Below, one piece after another: positions 48,912 to 61,805 of a stretch of DNA of 64,000 nt. Every line of letters starts with the position of its first letter. Positions within the stretch are counted from its first letter, which is position 1. The DNA is from Macrostomum lignano (taxonomy: Eukaryota): assembly GCA_002269645.1 (NCBI GenBank), contig NIVC01003166.1:62001-126000 (forward strand). Reading direction: 5' to 3'. The translations under genes were made by a program, and so were the position numbers. Under the pieces are notes generated by a model that did no database searches, was not told the DNA's origin, and saw only the letters and a program-made list of their open reading frames with translations.

Positions 48912-51900
48912 ATGCAAGCGTGGATGAAGGCCGCAGGGGCGCCGCTGTGGCGGGCAATCTTCGGTCTGACTCGTCAGGCTGATGGAGTTTTCCGTTCCTC
49001 AATTCTCAGTCGGTGAGTTGTTAAAATTAAATCCCAACAAATCTTCCCGGGTGGCTTAGCCCCGACATTAATTTCCGGGCTAAGCCTGATTTTTACGGAG
49101 TCTCACTTTTGCTTCATTGTTTTTCACCGATTATTTTCTGTTTCAAAAGCAATCAAACAAAATTGTTTTGTGTGACTAGTGGAATGCCATTGACGTTCTG
49201 CGTTTTTTCATCACATTTTTTAGTCCGATTTGTTTAATTTCATCTGTCTGCGTTCTATACAACGTTACAACGTTTACAACGTTTTAATTGAACTCTGTAC
49301 TTATTCAATTTAGTACACGTGTACTAATGTTTCTACCTACTTAATTTATAAATTTTTAGTGCTGAACTCAGCCAAGTGTGGCTGGGAGACAGCGAAGGCA
49401 GGTCAATGTACGGCGGTCTTCTTCTAGCTCAGGCGATGTCTGCCGCAGCTGCAAGTGCCGTCTCCGATGCCGAATGTCTCGCAGACTCCGGCTTGCGTTT
49501 CGACTCATTGAGTGCCTACTTTCTTAGAGCAGGTCTGGCTCTCTGTTTTTTTCACTGTTTTCCCGGAAAATTCAGTTGCTAACTGGTGTAAATTTTTCTT
49601 GAATAGCAAAAACTTGCATTTTTGTGTTCTTAACTGTCTGCCTAAATGTTTCTTAGCTCTTAGCGTGGGAATCTGCGCATTACTAATCAGAAAAAAGGAT
49701 CGTTTTCAAAGTTCGAAGGCTGTTTAAAAATTTTCCAAACTGTGTTTACCACAAGTCCTTGCGCATCTGCTGTATCGAATGGTAAGACCACCGAATATTT
49801 CACCCAGAATATGCTTATTCGGTCTCTCAGCATGAAAATCGCAGAGCAAAAAAGATACGCATTTAGCCTACTCTTCGGATGAAGAAAGCAAGTAGTACAA
49901 ACCATAGATAATCTAAAAGTAGCTACTTGCTCAATGCTTATTCGTTCATCGCTTATACTGAGTGACACTGAAAAATCAATCAGTAAGTTTTCTGATTCTG
50001 TGGTTTTGTCTCGCATAGAGGCGCCTAACCGCAGTACCTCTGTGAAACTTGTCTCTGCCTGGCCGAAAGCTTGTAATGAGTTAGTAGGCTGGGTTGGAGG
50101 GTAATAGTGGATCAGGAAGGGCTGTGGGTAGCTGTATAGGAAGGCAGGCCTATACCTGTTCCAGTTGGTGCTCTGACGGTCCCCCTCGGAGTGCCCTCTG
50201 AGCGAACAGCCAGCGACCCTATTAAAGCTGGAGTGTGCCAGAACCAGGACTGAGTCTGAGCAGGACGGGACCGTTGGCACGGTCACTATAGAAATGGTGG
50301 GTTGGCGAAGCAAAGGGTGAAACAGTCCCAGCGATTAGCCATCCTGCCGCTTTAATGATAAGAGACTGTCTTGGCAAGAGTACCCGGGGTCTGGTAGGTG
50401 GGGAGGCTCCTCCGGGTGGCCACGGCCGTGGGGAGGTCCTCGGACCACTTTTTGGCATATTCTAACCCAGGAGAAGGCACGGGCTGCCCCCGAGGTTCGG
50501 CGCCTAAGCCAATTGGGTTTGGGGTAGGCGTACGCTCTGAGGGTCGGGGGTAGGGCCCGCTCTCGGCCTGACTGGCGCCGCTTGCTCGGCTCGATGTACA
50601 GTCCTCTTAGCTCTAATTAGGATCTTAGTGTACATTAGTACACTCCCAACCTGGAATCTATATATCTCTAGTGGCGTAAGAGCCTGATCAATGGCTGAGG
50701 CGCCGAAAACACTTATCTCTCTCTCTCTCTCAATCAGTAAGTTTTCTGATTCTGAAAAAATGCCCATTTTTTCTAAATCTTTTTACAAAACGAATGCGTA
50801 CGTGTCTAAAATTGTTATAAGCTTTGCTCAGCATTTCGAATAATAGATAATAAAACGTGATAAAACTTGTTTATTGCAGGATAGTTTCTAGCTCTAAAAA
50901 TGCACAACAACAGTTCAACATATGGATCGTAAATAACACTCATAGAGTTCAGATCTATCTCGACTGATGAAAAGACATACAATAAATTGCGTTCGGGTAC
51001 TTAGTTCAAAACAAAGTTCACGCGCAGAATTCAATTAACACATGCATCGGTGTCGCTTCAGACCACGGAAACGTCAAATACGGGAAGTTGAATGAAAATT
51101 AGCATATGATTGACAATTCAGTGAAAGGTATAAGCTTGAGCTTTTAGTCGAACAAGCTATGAATTCAGTTGAAGTTAATCTGGCTACGAATACTTAATTG
51201 TTAGTTCTTACTTTAGTGCCCATCAGCCTCGACCCCTGCAACATACAGTTTTTTTACATTTTAAAGTTTCTATTTTCGAAGAGACGGTTAACTCGCAGAA
51301 AAGTTGAGTGCTTTAGCTTGTACTTTACCGAATTATGTATGCAAATTTACGGGATATGCAACAATTATGAATTATATTACACGACAATTACCAATTTTTG
51401 CAGCCGTTTTATCTAATACAAAGTAATAAGCCAGATAAAGCAATTATACCCATAGTCGAAAAGTGTTACAGAGGTGTGCTATGAGTAATCAGATGTCGAA
51501 TATCGTCTTCGTTCCCAGCCCAGTTGTCGCTGGGCGAGGACAAGGTGCAGCGCCCATTTAGGTGTAATAAATTTTCATTGCTATTGTTTGACTCGTCGCT
51601 TTCTTGTTCCGCGTCGTTTTGACTTCGCTGCCGGTGCCTCCGGGAGGCCACGTTGTTGCTGGATGCCAGCAGCGTCGCCGCTACTGTCGCGCTGCGCACG
51701 GCGGCCGTTTCTCCTACGCCTGTCGCTGCCGTCAGCGCGCCGCCGACATCTGCCCCGCTGCTTCGCTGGAATTTCTGTTTGAAGCCAAACAGCACGTGAC
51801 GATAGCTTTTGCGAACTTCTCGCATTCGGTGTAGAGAATGATTGGACTGGCCACTGCATAGCAGGTCGTTAGCGCATCTAAATACGGCTGGACCCACATG

Positions 51901-54900
51901 AAGTGGTACACCTCGTCGCGAATTATTTCACTGCCAGTGTGCAGCACCACCTGCACAAGCATGTACAGTTCAGTGAGCAGTCCGGTAGCATTGTTATGAT
52001 GAATGTCAGCAACAGTAGAAATATTGTGCAGGCGCCTCTGCGTCTGCTGGCGATTACGCGTCTTTGACCGCAAACCGGACGCAGGATGCGTCGAAATATA
52101 AGGGCCAAGAAAGTGCTGATTAGTAGCAAGCCAATCGCTGTGACAACAGTCTGCGTAGCATACCCGAAATATCTCGACATGTGCATCAGTATTGTGCCAT
52201 TCGATTGAGGCTGCGCTGGAGAACGTGGCGTAGAAATTGATAGCAGGTCATTGCCATGCAGCGGCACTGGTGGCAGCGGCGGGATGGTCACGGGAGTCCA
52301 ATTATTCCGCGTAGATGACGAGTCACGCGAACGTGGCAGGTACAACGGCGCCGAGATTTCCACGTAATTTGATGGAAGTGGCGGCAGGGTTATGTAGTTT
52401 ACCAGCTTCCAATTCTGCGGCGTGAATTTCAGAGGCGTTGCAAGTCCCGCTGATGTGTTGGAATGTTTTGTTACAAGTAGTTTGTCAATGTTACACTGGG
52501 CTCGCGCCTCTTGTACACTGTTTTCAGACTTGGCTAGTTTTACTAAAAACGACAATGCGCCAAGAAAGATGCCCAAAATCCAGTTGCTAGCGATGGTTAC
52601 ACTGGTAATTGGTCGCGAGTGGATCTGATACTGCAGGGAATGGTTCACTGTCAGGTACAAATCCAGGCTCAAGCTGCACAGGCCGAGTGTAATCAGGATG
52701 GTACCGCTTATCCTGATGTCTTCCACTAGCATGTCTGTCCATTTATAGCAGAACATGTTCGTTGCTGGCCTGTAGACAGCGGCTAGTAGACTTATCACGA
52801 CGCCTATAGCTGCTACGAGATTCGCTGCCGTGATGCTTACTAACAATCGCGCTCGGTTGGTGAGCTTTCGTTTGCCCCAGCTGCACAGCGCTACCATGGT
52901 GATCGAGTTGATGATCAGGCCATCACTGTGGCCACTAGTTCGATGATTTTGTCCTTTGTTAGCAGCATGGTCAGCCGATCTGAAACGAAGCAACATTATA
53001 AAAAGTACTAGTATCGCCTTGCAAGTGATGTTTTTGAAGCTCATTAGCGACTGACTGGGGCGATTTTGGCGTCACTCCTCGTAATCCCTTGTTGCACATT
53101 TTTGTCTTGCTTTATTCCTCGCTTCCCATCCCTTCGGCAAGGATAGGGAAAGGGAAAACGCGAGTGGGTGGGCTGTCACGCGACATGGCCGGAAGTTCGA
53201 CGCAGCTGTCACCGCAGTGGGAAACTTCTCCCCCGCCTCAATTTGTAGAGGGATACACACGACATTTCCAAAGCCAGATTTTTATTTCCACAATTCGTTC
53301 AAGATTCTGGACACGTGGGCGGTCCTGCTATGAAGGGTATCGCTGAATTATCATTTGTTATACTTTGTTCCTAATAAATTGCCTTGTTTAGTTCGAACCC
53401 GGCAAAGTATTTCCTTTCTCTTTTCTACCCCTTTTTAACTGACCTTTAAAAAGCCTCGGAACTCGGAATTCTTCAAAAGTTCAATTGGAACTTTTAGAAA
53501 TTGGAAAAAGAAATGGTATTCGAACTTTCCTATGCACTATCGGAAAAGAATTGCTTTCAGCTCAAGATTCTGAGTCGGTGGACTATCTAAAAGATATAAT
53601 TTCCGTTGATCTGCTTTGCACATCCTGCCATGCCGTCCTCTGGGGAATCTCTCGGTCCTCGATTTTTCTGCCTCTAACTGTATCAATATTGGGTCGCTAC
53701 CAGCACGGATAAAGAAGGAATTTCGCATGAAATCATAGCCGTAGCTTACCCAGTGATAAAGAAGTCGCTATCGCGTTAATAAAAGCGCCACTTTTTAGTG
53801 TTTTCTTCGAAAACAATTGTGGAAATTTCTTTGCTGCAAGCGAACCTTGACTTGACTTGCCAGCAACTTTATACGGCCTTGTTATATAGCTTGGCAGTCG
53901 CTATTGGATGGCATATTTTTGCCAATATTTCTACCGGCTCGGCTACCGACCAATAGCTAAAGTAGTCATGCCTCTGATTTCGGCTTTTCTACGCCAGCCT
54001 GTCTTATCTTGTTTTCGAATTCTGAGTATCGAATCGAATCGTTCATTATTATCTTCTTGATGCAGTCAGTCCTGGTCCGGTATTGTTATTTTTTCTCATT
54101 TAGCCTATCGCTTGTCTGTCTGTCTTTTCTTTGTGTCTAAATGCCTGCCTGCTTGTCTGTCTGTCTGTCTAAAAGTACAACAGTGCGATGTTCTAACAAA
54201 TTATATAACTTTTAGTCCATGTATTCGTCTCCGGAAAAAATTGCTAATTATACTAAATGAATTTTCTGTCCAAATCACCCAGGCGAGCGGCTCCCGTTTC
54301 GACGAAATTACCAAAATAACTGTGGCTTTGCGGTTGCAGCAGCAGCCTGTCTGTCTGCTCGTCAAAGCAGATGCTTGTTCCAAGCTAATTTGCTTTTGTG
54401 CGTTGCAATTCCGATTCAGAATACTGTAGGTTTAGAGATTAGCATGGAGCCTATTTGTTGGCTACTGGGTCCTATGATGTACTTTTATGTCCATCTGCTC
54501 TGGTCACGGTCAGTAGATTATCATATTAGCTCGCCAGAGACATATGGATCCGCATTGATATAATACTGTGTGCCATCATGCTTACCAATTTATTTTATTT
54601 GGCTATCTTTTATACCCGAAATTGAACTGTATCTGCGGGATTGATGAACTGAGGCGTGACAGCTGCGGCAGTTGCCAGGTGATCTGTTGCTGAAATATTT
54701 AATAAAAAGGCCAGACTGTTGAGTTCAGCCGGACTATATAGAGAATTCTAGAAAAAAATGTGCTAACTTGGACTTTTGGGAGACGGTGTGGTCCTATAAC
54801 GGAATATGAGGCTGTGCGATGCGGGGAAAAAGGGCCGATGTACACCATGTTTGAGCGTGTCCTCAGTAGTCGGCGGAGTTGACGTCAGCAGCGCTGGATT

Positions 54901-57900
54901 GTATGACGATCTCGCCGAAGACTTTGCGCCTGGGTGCCCGCAGCCCTCCTGCAAATATCTATTAATTTTTAAAGGAGGGAAATGAATAAAAGGGATTTGA
55001 GATTAAAGCAGGTTGAGCTGCTTCGAAAATTGAATACGAAGCGACCTAAGAAAGGGTTTGCGTGCGGCCTACAAAGGCAGATTAAAAAAATGCATTGACT
55101 TCAAAAAGTGCTAAATTTAGACGATTAATTATGAAGGAAACCATATTTCATATTTATAAAGGAAAATATGAAGATTAGCACTAGTTGGGACTGCGCGTTG
55201 AGCATCACATGTTGAAACCTCGCTGCCATTCTGCAAACAGTCTGCTTCAAATATTCTCCTCTACTTATCTGGAAGCTCGCAACGTTTTCTGCACTTAACG
55301 ATTTTGTTTATAGCCTGCAAACATTGCCTGTCTCTGTTGAGTGCTTTTCAATATCTGTATTGCCCGAGGAAAATTTGGTTTTCTACAATGCGTCTTAGCG
55401 AGCTTGGCAAATGTAATTTTGATAGCTGTCTTCGGCAAAAAGACAGTTCAAGTTTCGCTCTGAGAGCCTTTAACTCCGATTGGTTTGCTACAGTACATGT
55501 ACATGTGTATGATACTGCCATATTTACTACACGTGCACATTGCTGTTTCAGGTGCGCACACGGAGTCTGTTAGATACCTGGTTGAATCACTGTCTCGTTC
55601 ATCCGGTTATAACGGCTGTCACGTTCTCAGGGTGACCGCTTTTCAAGCTGGGCCCACGTCGCCTATCCTTCTCTGCCAGATTGCTTTCACTCGCAGCCAG
55701 CCAATCAGCGCCTTCGGGGCAATAGACCCTCAGGATGAGTCATCTAGCAGCCAGCCAATCAGCCCCGTCGGGGCAATAGACCCTCAGGATGAGTCATCTA
55801 GCAGCCAGCCAATCAGCGCCTGCCCACTACCAGAAGTGCTTCCCAAACAAGAGTCATTTCTTGCAGCCCAGCTCCACTCTACTAATCTGCTCAGCCAGAA
55901 GCAGCGCAACTACATCGAGAAACGACTTTGCGAAGCTCGCACCTCAGCCATCGAACTTCGACCTTGCAATCCATTCGAGTTTTTTCGCTTATCTCCTGCA
56001 GCTCAACCTTCTGTAGAGTTTTGGATCCGATTAAAAGCAGAATTTTTGCCAACAAACACGCTGCACTAACGCCGCTGCAAAAGCAGATTTTAATGGTATT
56101 CCTAAGCGACAAGGGTCTGCTTAGAGGCGGCGAGGTGACGCGACCGGACGAGCGATTCCATCGGAAGGTTTCTCTGGATCATAGAATTGCGTTTCACGAA
56201 CTGGACGTTGATCCGTTCGAGTGGAGTTTGTACAGGGCGAGCTGCATCAGAGCTGGTGAGCGCTGGCTGGGCTGGGACGGTGGGACGATGATGCGAGGCT
56301 ACAACACCAGGACTCTAAGACATCAAGACAATATGACACTAGGACAATAGGACACTTGGACACCAGGACACCAGGACACTAGGACACCAGGACACTAGGA
56401 CACTGGGACACAAGGACACCAGGACAATAGGAAATCAGGACACCAGGACACTAGGACACCAGGACAATAGGAAATCAGGACACTAGGACACCAGGACACT
56501 AGGACACCAGGACACTAGGACACCAGGACAATAGGACATCAAGACAATAGGACACTAGGACAATAGGACACTAGGACACCAGGACAATAGGAAATCAGGA
56601 CACCAGGACACTAGGACACCAGGACACTAGGACACCAGGACAATAGGACATCAAGACAATAGGACACTAGGACAATAGGACACTAGGACACCAGGACAAT
56701 AGGAAATCAGGACACCAGGACACTAGGACACCAGGACACTAGGACAACAGGACACTAGGACACCAGGACACTAGGACACTGGGACACTAGGACAATAGAA
56801 CACCAGGACAATAGGAAATCAGGACACTAGGACACCAGGACACTAGGACACCAGGACACTAGGACACCAGGACAATAGGACATCAAGACAATAGGACACT
56901 AGGACAATAGGACACTAGGACACCAGGACAATAGGAAATCAGGACACCAGGACACTAGGACACCAGGACACTAGGACACCAGGACAATAGGACATCAAGA
57001 CAATAGGACACTAGGACAATAAGACACTAGGACACCAGGACAATAGGAAATCAGGACACCAGGACACTAGGACACCAGGACACTAGGACAACAGGACACT
57101 AGGACACCAGGACACTAGGACACTGGGACACTAGGACAATAGAACACCAGGACAATAGGAAATCAGGACACTAGGACACCAGGACACTAGGACACCAGGA
57201 CACTAGGACACCAGGACAATAGGACATCAAGACAATAGGACACTAGGACAATAGGACACTAGGACACCAGGACAATAGGAAATCAGGACACCAGGACACT
57301 AGGACACCAGGACACTAGGACACCAGGACACTAGGACACCAGGACACTAGGACACCAGGACACTAGGACACTGGGACACTAGGACAATAGAACACCAGGA
57401 CAATAGGACACCAGGACACTAGGACACCAGGACACTAGGACACCAGGACACTAGGACACCAGGACAATAGGACACCAGGACACTAGGACACCAGGACAAT
57501 AGGACACTAGGACACCAGGATACTAGGACACCAGGACACTAGGACACCAGGACAATAGGACACCAGGACACTAGGACACCAGGACAATAGGACACTAGGA
57601 CACCAGGACACTAGGACACCAGGACACTAGGACACCAGGACACTAGGACACCAGGACAATAGGACACCAGGAAAATAGGACACCAGAAAAATAGGACACC
57701 AGGACAATAGGACACCAGGAAAATAGGACACCAGGAAAATAGGACACCAGGACAATAGGACACCAGGACACTAGGACACCAGGACAATAGGACACCAGGA
57801 CAATAGGACACCAGGACACTAGGACACCAGGACAATAGGAAATCAGGACACTTGGACACCAGGACACTAGGACACCAGGACAATAGGAAATCAGGACACT

Positions 57901-60900
57901 TGGACACCAGGACACTAGGACACCAGGACAATAACTCTAAGACAACAGGCGACAAAGTAAATGATTAAATTAATGCAAAAGTTTTTGAGTTCAATAAATT
58001 TTATTTAATTTATTTAATGGACTCAGTCAGTGCCTCAGACTATCACTCCACTTTCGTGCTTGTCACGGTAACGAATGTTAGTTTTTTTCTGGTTAGCGCA
58101 GTATTGAACTTCAATACTGCGGTCTGGTTCTGCAGTTTATTGTCTCTAATTAAAGACCTTTTAAACTACTTTTCTCAAATCCTCACGTTTTCAACTGTGG
58201 CAGCTTCTCAGGTTTTTTAGTTTTAATGAGCGCCCGCCATGTTTCTTGAGTAAGACTGGCTGGAAGTTCAGGGTAGAAGGCAGGGAGAGAGGCGGGGTCG
58301 GATGCAGAGAGAGAGGCAAGGAGAGAGACAGGGTCGGATGCAGAGAGAGAGGCGAGGAGAGAGGCAGGGTCGGATGCAGAGAGAGAGGCAGGGTCGAAGG
58401 GAGGGAGAGAGGCAGGGTCGAAGGGAGGAGAGAGGCAGAGTCGAAGGGAGGGAGAGAGGCAGGGTCGAAGGGAGGGAGAGAGGCAGGGTCGAAGGGAGGG
58501 AGAGAGGCAGGGTCGAAGGGAGGGAGAGAGGCAGGGTCGAAGGGAGGGAGAGAGGCAGGGTCAAAGGGAGGGAGAGGGAGGCGGGGTCAAATGGGGAGAG
58601 AGAGGCAGGGTCGAAGGGAGAGAGAGAGGCAGGGTCAAATGCAGGAGAGAGGCAGGGTCAAAGGGAGGGAGAGGGAGGCGGGGTCAAATGGAGAGAGAGA
58701 GGCAGGGTCGAAGGGAGGGAGAGAGGCAGGGTCGAAGGGAGGGAGAGAGGCAGGGTCGAAGGGAGGGAGAGAGGCAGGGTCAAAGGGAGGGAGAGAGGCA
58801 GGGTCAAATGGAGAGAGAGAGAGGCAGGGTCAAAGGGAGGGAGAGGGAGGCAGGGTCAAATGGAGAGAGAGAGGCAGGGTCAAAGGGAGGGAGAGGGAGG
58901 CAGGGTCAAATGGAGGGAGAGAGGCAGAGTCGAAGGGAGAGAGAGAGGCAGGGTCGAATGCAGGAGAGAGGCAGAGTCGAAGGGAGAGAGAGAGGCAGGG
59001 TCAAATGCAGGGAGAGAGGCAGGGTCGAAGGGAGAGAGAGAGGCAGGGTCAAAGGGAGGGATAGGGAGGCAGGGTCAAATGGAGAGAGAGAGGCAGGGTC
59101 GAAGGGAGGGAGAGAGGCAGGGTCAAATGGAGAGAGAGAGAGGCAGGGTCGAAGGGAGGGAGAGAGGCAGGGTCAAATGGGGAGAGAGAAGCAGGGTCGA
59201 AGGGAGAGAGAGAGGCAGGGTCAAAGGAGGGAGAGGGAGGCGGGGTCAAATGGGGAGAGAGAGGCAGGGTCGAAGGGAGGGAGAGGGAGGCGGGGTCAAA
59301 TGGAGAGAGAGAGCAGGGTCGAAGGGAGGGAGAGAGGCAGGGTCGAAGGGAGGGAGAGAGGCAGGGTCGAAGGGAGGGAGAGAGGCAGGGTCAAAGGGAG
59401 GGATAGGGAGGCAGGGTCAAATGGAGAGAGAGAGGCAGGGTCGAAGGGAGGGAGAGAGGCAGGGTCGAAGGGAGGGAGAGAGGCAGGGTCAAAGGGAGGG
59501 AGAGGGAGGCGGGGTCAAATGGAGAGAGAGAGGCAGGGTCGAAGGGAGGGAGAGAGGCAGGGTCGAAGGGAGGGAGAGAGGCAGGGTCGAAGGGAGGGAG
59601 AGAGGCAGGGTCAAAGGGAGGGAGAGGGAGGCAGGGTCAAATGGAGAGAGAGAGGCAGGGTCAAAGGGAGGGAGAGGGAGGCAGGGTCAAATGGAGGGAG
59701 AGAGGCAGAGTCGAAGGGAGAGAGAGAGGCAGGGTCGAATGCAGGGAGAGAGGCAGAGTCGAAGGGAGAGAGAGAGGCAGGGTCAAATGCAGGGAGAGAG
59801 GCAGGGTCGAAGGAGAGAGAGAGCAGGGTCGAATGCAGGGAGAGAGGCAGGGTCGAAGGGAGAGAGAGAGAGGCAGGGTCGAATGCAGGGAGAGAGGCAG
59901 AGTCGAAGGGAGAGAGAGAGGCAGGGTCGAATGCAGGGAGAGAGGCAGGGTCGAAGGGAGAGAGAGAGAGGCAGGGTCGAATGCAGGGAGAGAGCAGAGT
60001 CGAAGGGAGAGAGAGAGGCAGGGTCGACTAACTAACAGCTTAGCGGGGCGTACAGCCAATCCGCACAAGTCTATCAATATTTACCAAAGTGAAAGCAAAT
60101 CTCCTATTGAATACAAACAACCAGCAAGATATGAATTAATTAATCATAAATCGCTGGGGCGGCTTCCGAGACACAGAGCAGAGTTTGATGCGAAGCGACT
60201 CCGCTCTATCCACATAGCCGAGGAGGTGTAGAGTACACGTAAATATTTTTGCGTGCCGGATTTTTTCTTCAAATAAGATACCCCTAATCTGATAATCCCT
60301 ACCCCCCCATTCTCATCTGAAGCTTCCTAGTGCACCGTGAAATCTGCTTCTCAGTTAAGCTCAAGGCACTTCCGTAGAAACACGTGATAAATAAAAGATA
60401 AAAGTACTCGATTTATAGTACTAGTGGGAGTGGGTACTATTTCCCTGTTCAGAAATATTTTGACTTTATGAACAGATCCGTCATTCCCCATCTCCCACTG
60501 ACTCTCCTCTCCCACTGCCATCTCCCACTGACTCTCCTCTCCCACTGCCATCTCCCACTGACTCTCCTCTCTCACTGCCATCTCCCACTGACTCTCCTCT
60601 CCCACTGCCATCTCTCACTGACACTCCTCTCCCACTGCCATCTCCCACTGACTCTCCTCTCTCACTGCCATCTCCCACTGACACTCCTCTCCCACTGCCA
60701 TCTCCCACTGACTCTCCTCTCCCACTGCCATCTCCCACTGACTCTCCTCTCCCACTGCCATCTCCCACTGACTCTCCTCTCTCACTGCCATCTCCCACTG
60801 ACTCTCCTCTCCCACTGCCATCTCCCACTGACTCTCCTCTCTCACTGCCATCTCCCACTGACTCTCCTCTCCCACTGCCATCTCCCACTGACTCTCCTCT

Positions 60901-61745
60901 CTCACTGCCATCTCCCACTGACTCTCCTCTCTCACTGCCATCTCCCACTGACTCTCCTCTCCCACTGCCATCTCCCACTGACTCTCCTCTCTCACTGCCA
61001 TCTCCCACTGACTCTCCTCTCTCACTGCCATCTCCCACTGACACTCCTCTCCCACTGCCATCTCCCACTGACTCTCCTCTCTCACTGCCATCTCCACTGA
61101 CTCTCCTCTCCCACTGCCATCTCCCACTGACACTCCTCTCCCACTGCCATCTCCCACTCTCCTCTCCACTGCCATCTCCCACTCTCATCTCACACTCTCA
61201 TCTCCCACTCTCATTCCCACTCTCATCTCCCACTCTCATCTCCCACTCTCATCTCACACTCTCATCTCCCACTCTCATTCCCACTCTCATCTCCCACTCT
61301 CATCTCCCACTCTCATCTCACACTCTCATCTCCCACTCTCATCTCACACTCTCATCTCACACTCTCATCTCCCACTCTCATCTCACACTCTCATCTCCCA
61401 CTCTCATCTCACACTCTCATCTCCCACTATCCATTCTCCTTTCCCTTTTCGCTCCTCCCCCACCTCTCCTACCGCTTCCATCATCTCTCTATTCTATTTT
61501 TCAGTACCCTCTCGTCCTTCATGCGCCCAGCTATTTCCTGCAGCAGTCCAGCTTTGCCTTATCCAACTTTGGAACTCCATCCGCCATTTTCAGTCATCAC
61601 CTCTTCCCGCTCGCGGCCCACGCCCCCGTTCCACTTTCCTTCACAATCCCCCTTCTATCCCCCAGCTGCTTTCAGCTGACCCCGTTTTTATTATTTTCTT
61701 CTAGAAGTAACTTTTCAGCTTGCTAATTTGAAATTTGGATCCCTT

Positions 61746-61805
<60 letters not shown>

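Noticed and set aside
52969-53044. ATG at 53044 as the GPCR start
   Set aside because: It spans a pyrimidine tract and acceptor and gives a hydrophilic, broken TM1. The shifted frame from ATG 52968 gives a continuous TM1.
56032-56070. Programmed -1 ribosomal frameshift or micro-intron in ACOT8-B
   Set aside because: There is no canonical slippery heptamer, no evident downstream pseudoknot, and no GT between the conserved FWIR and LSD motifs. An indel is more parsimonious.
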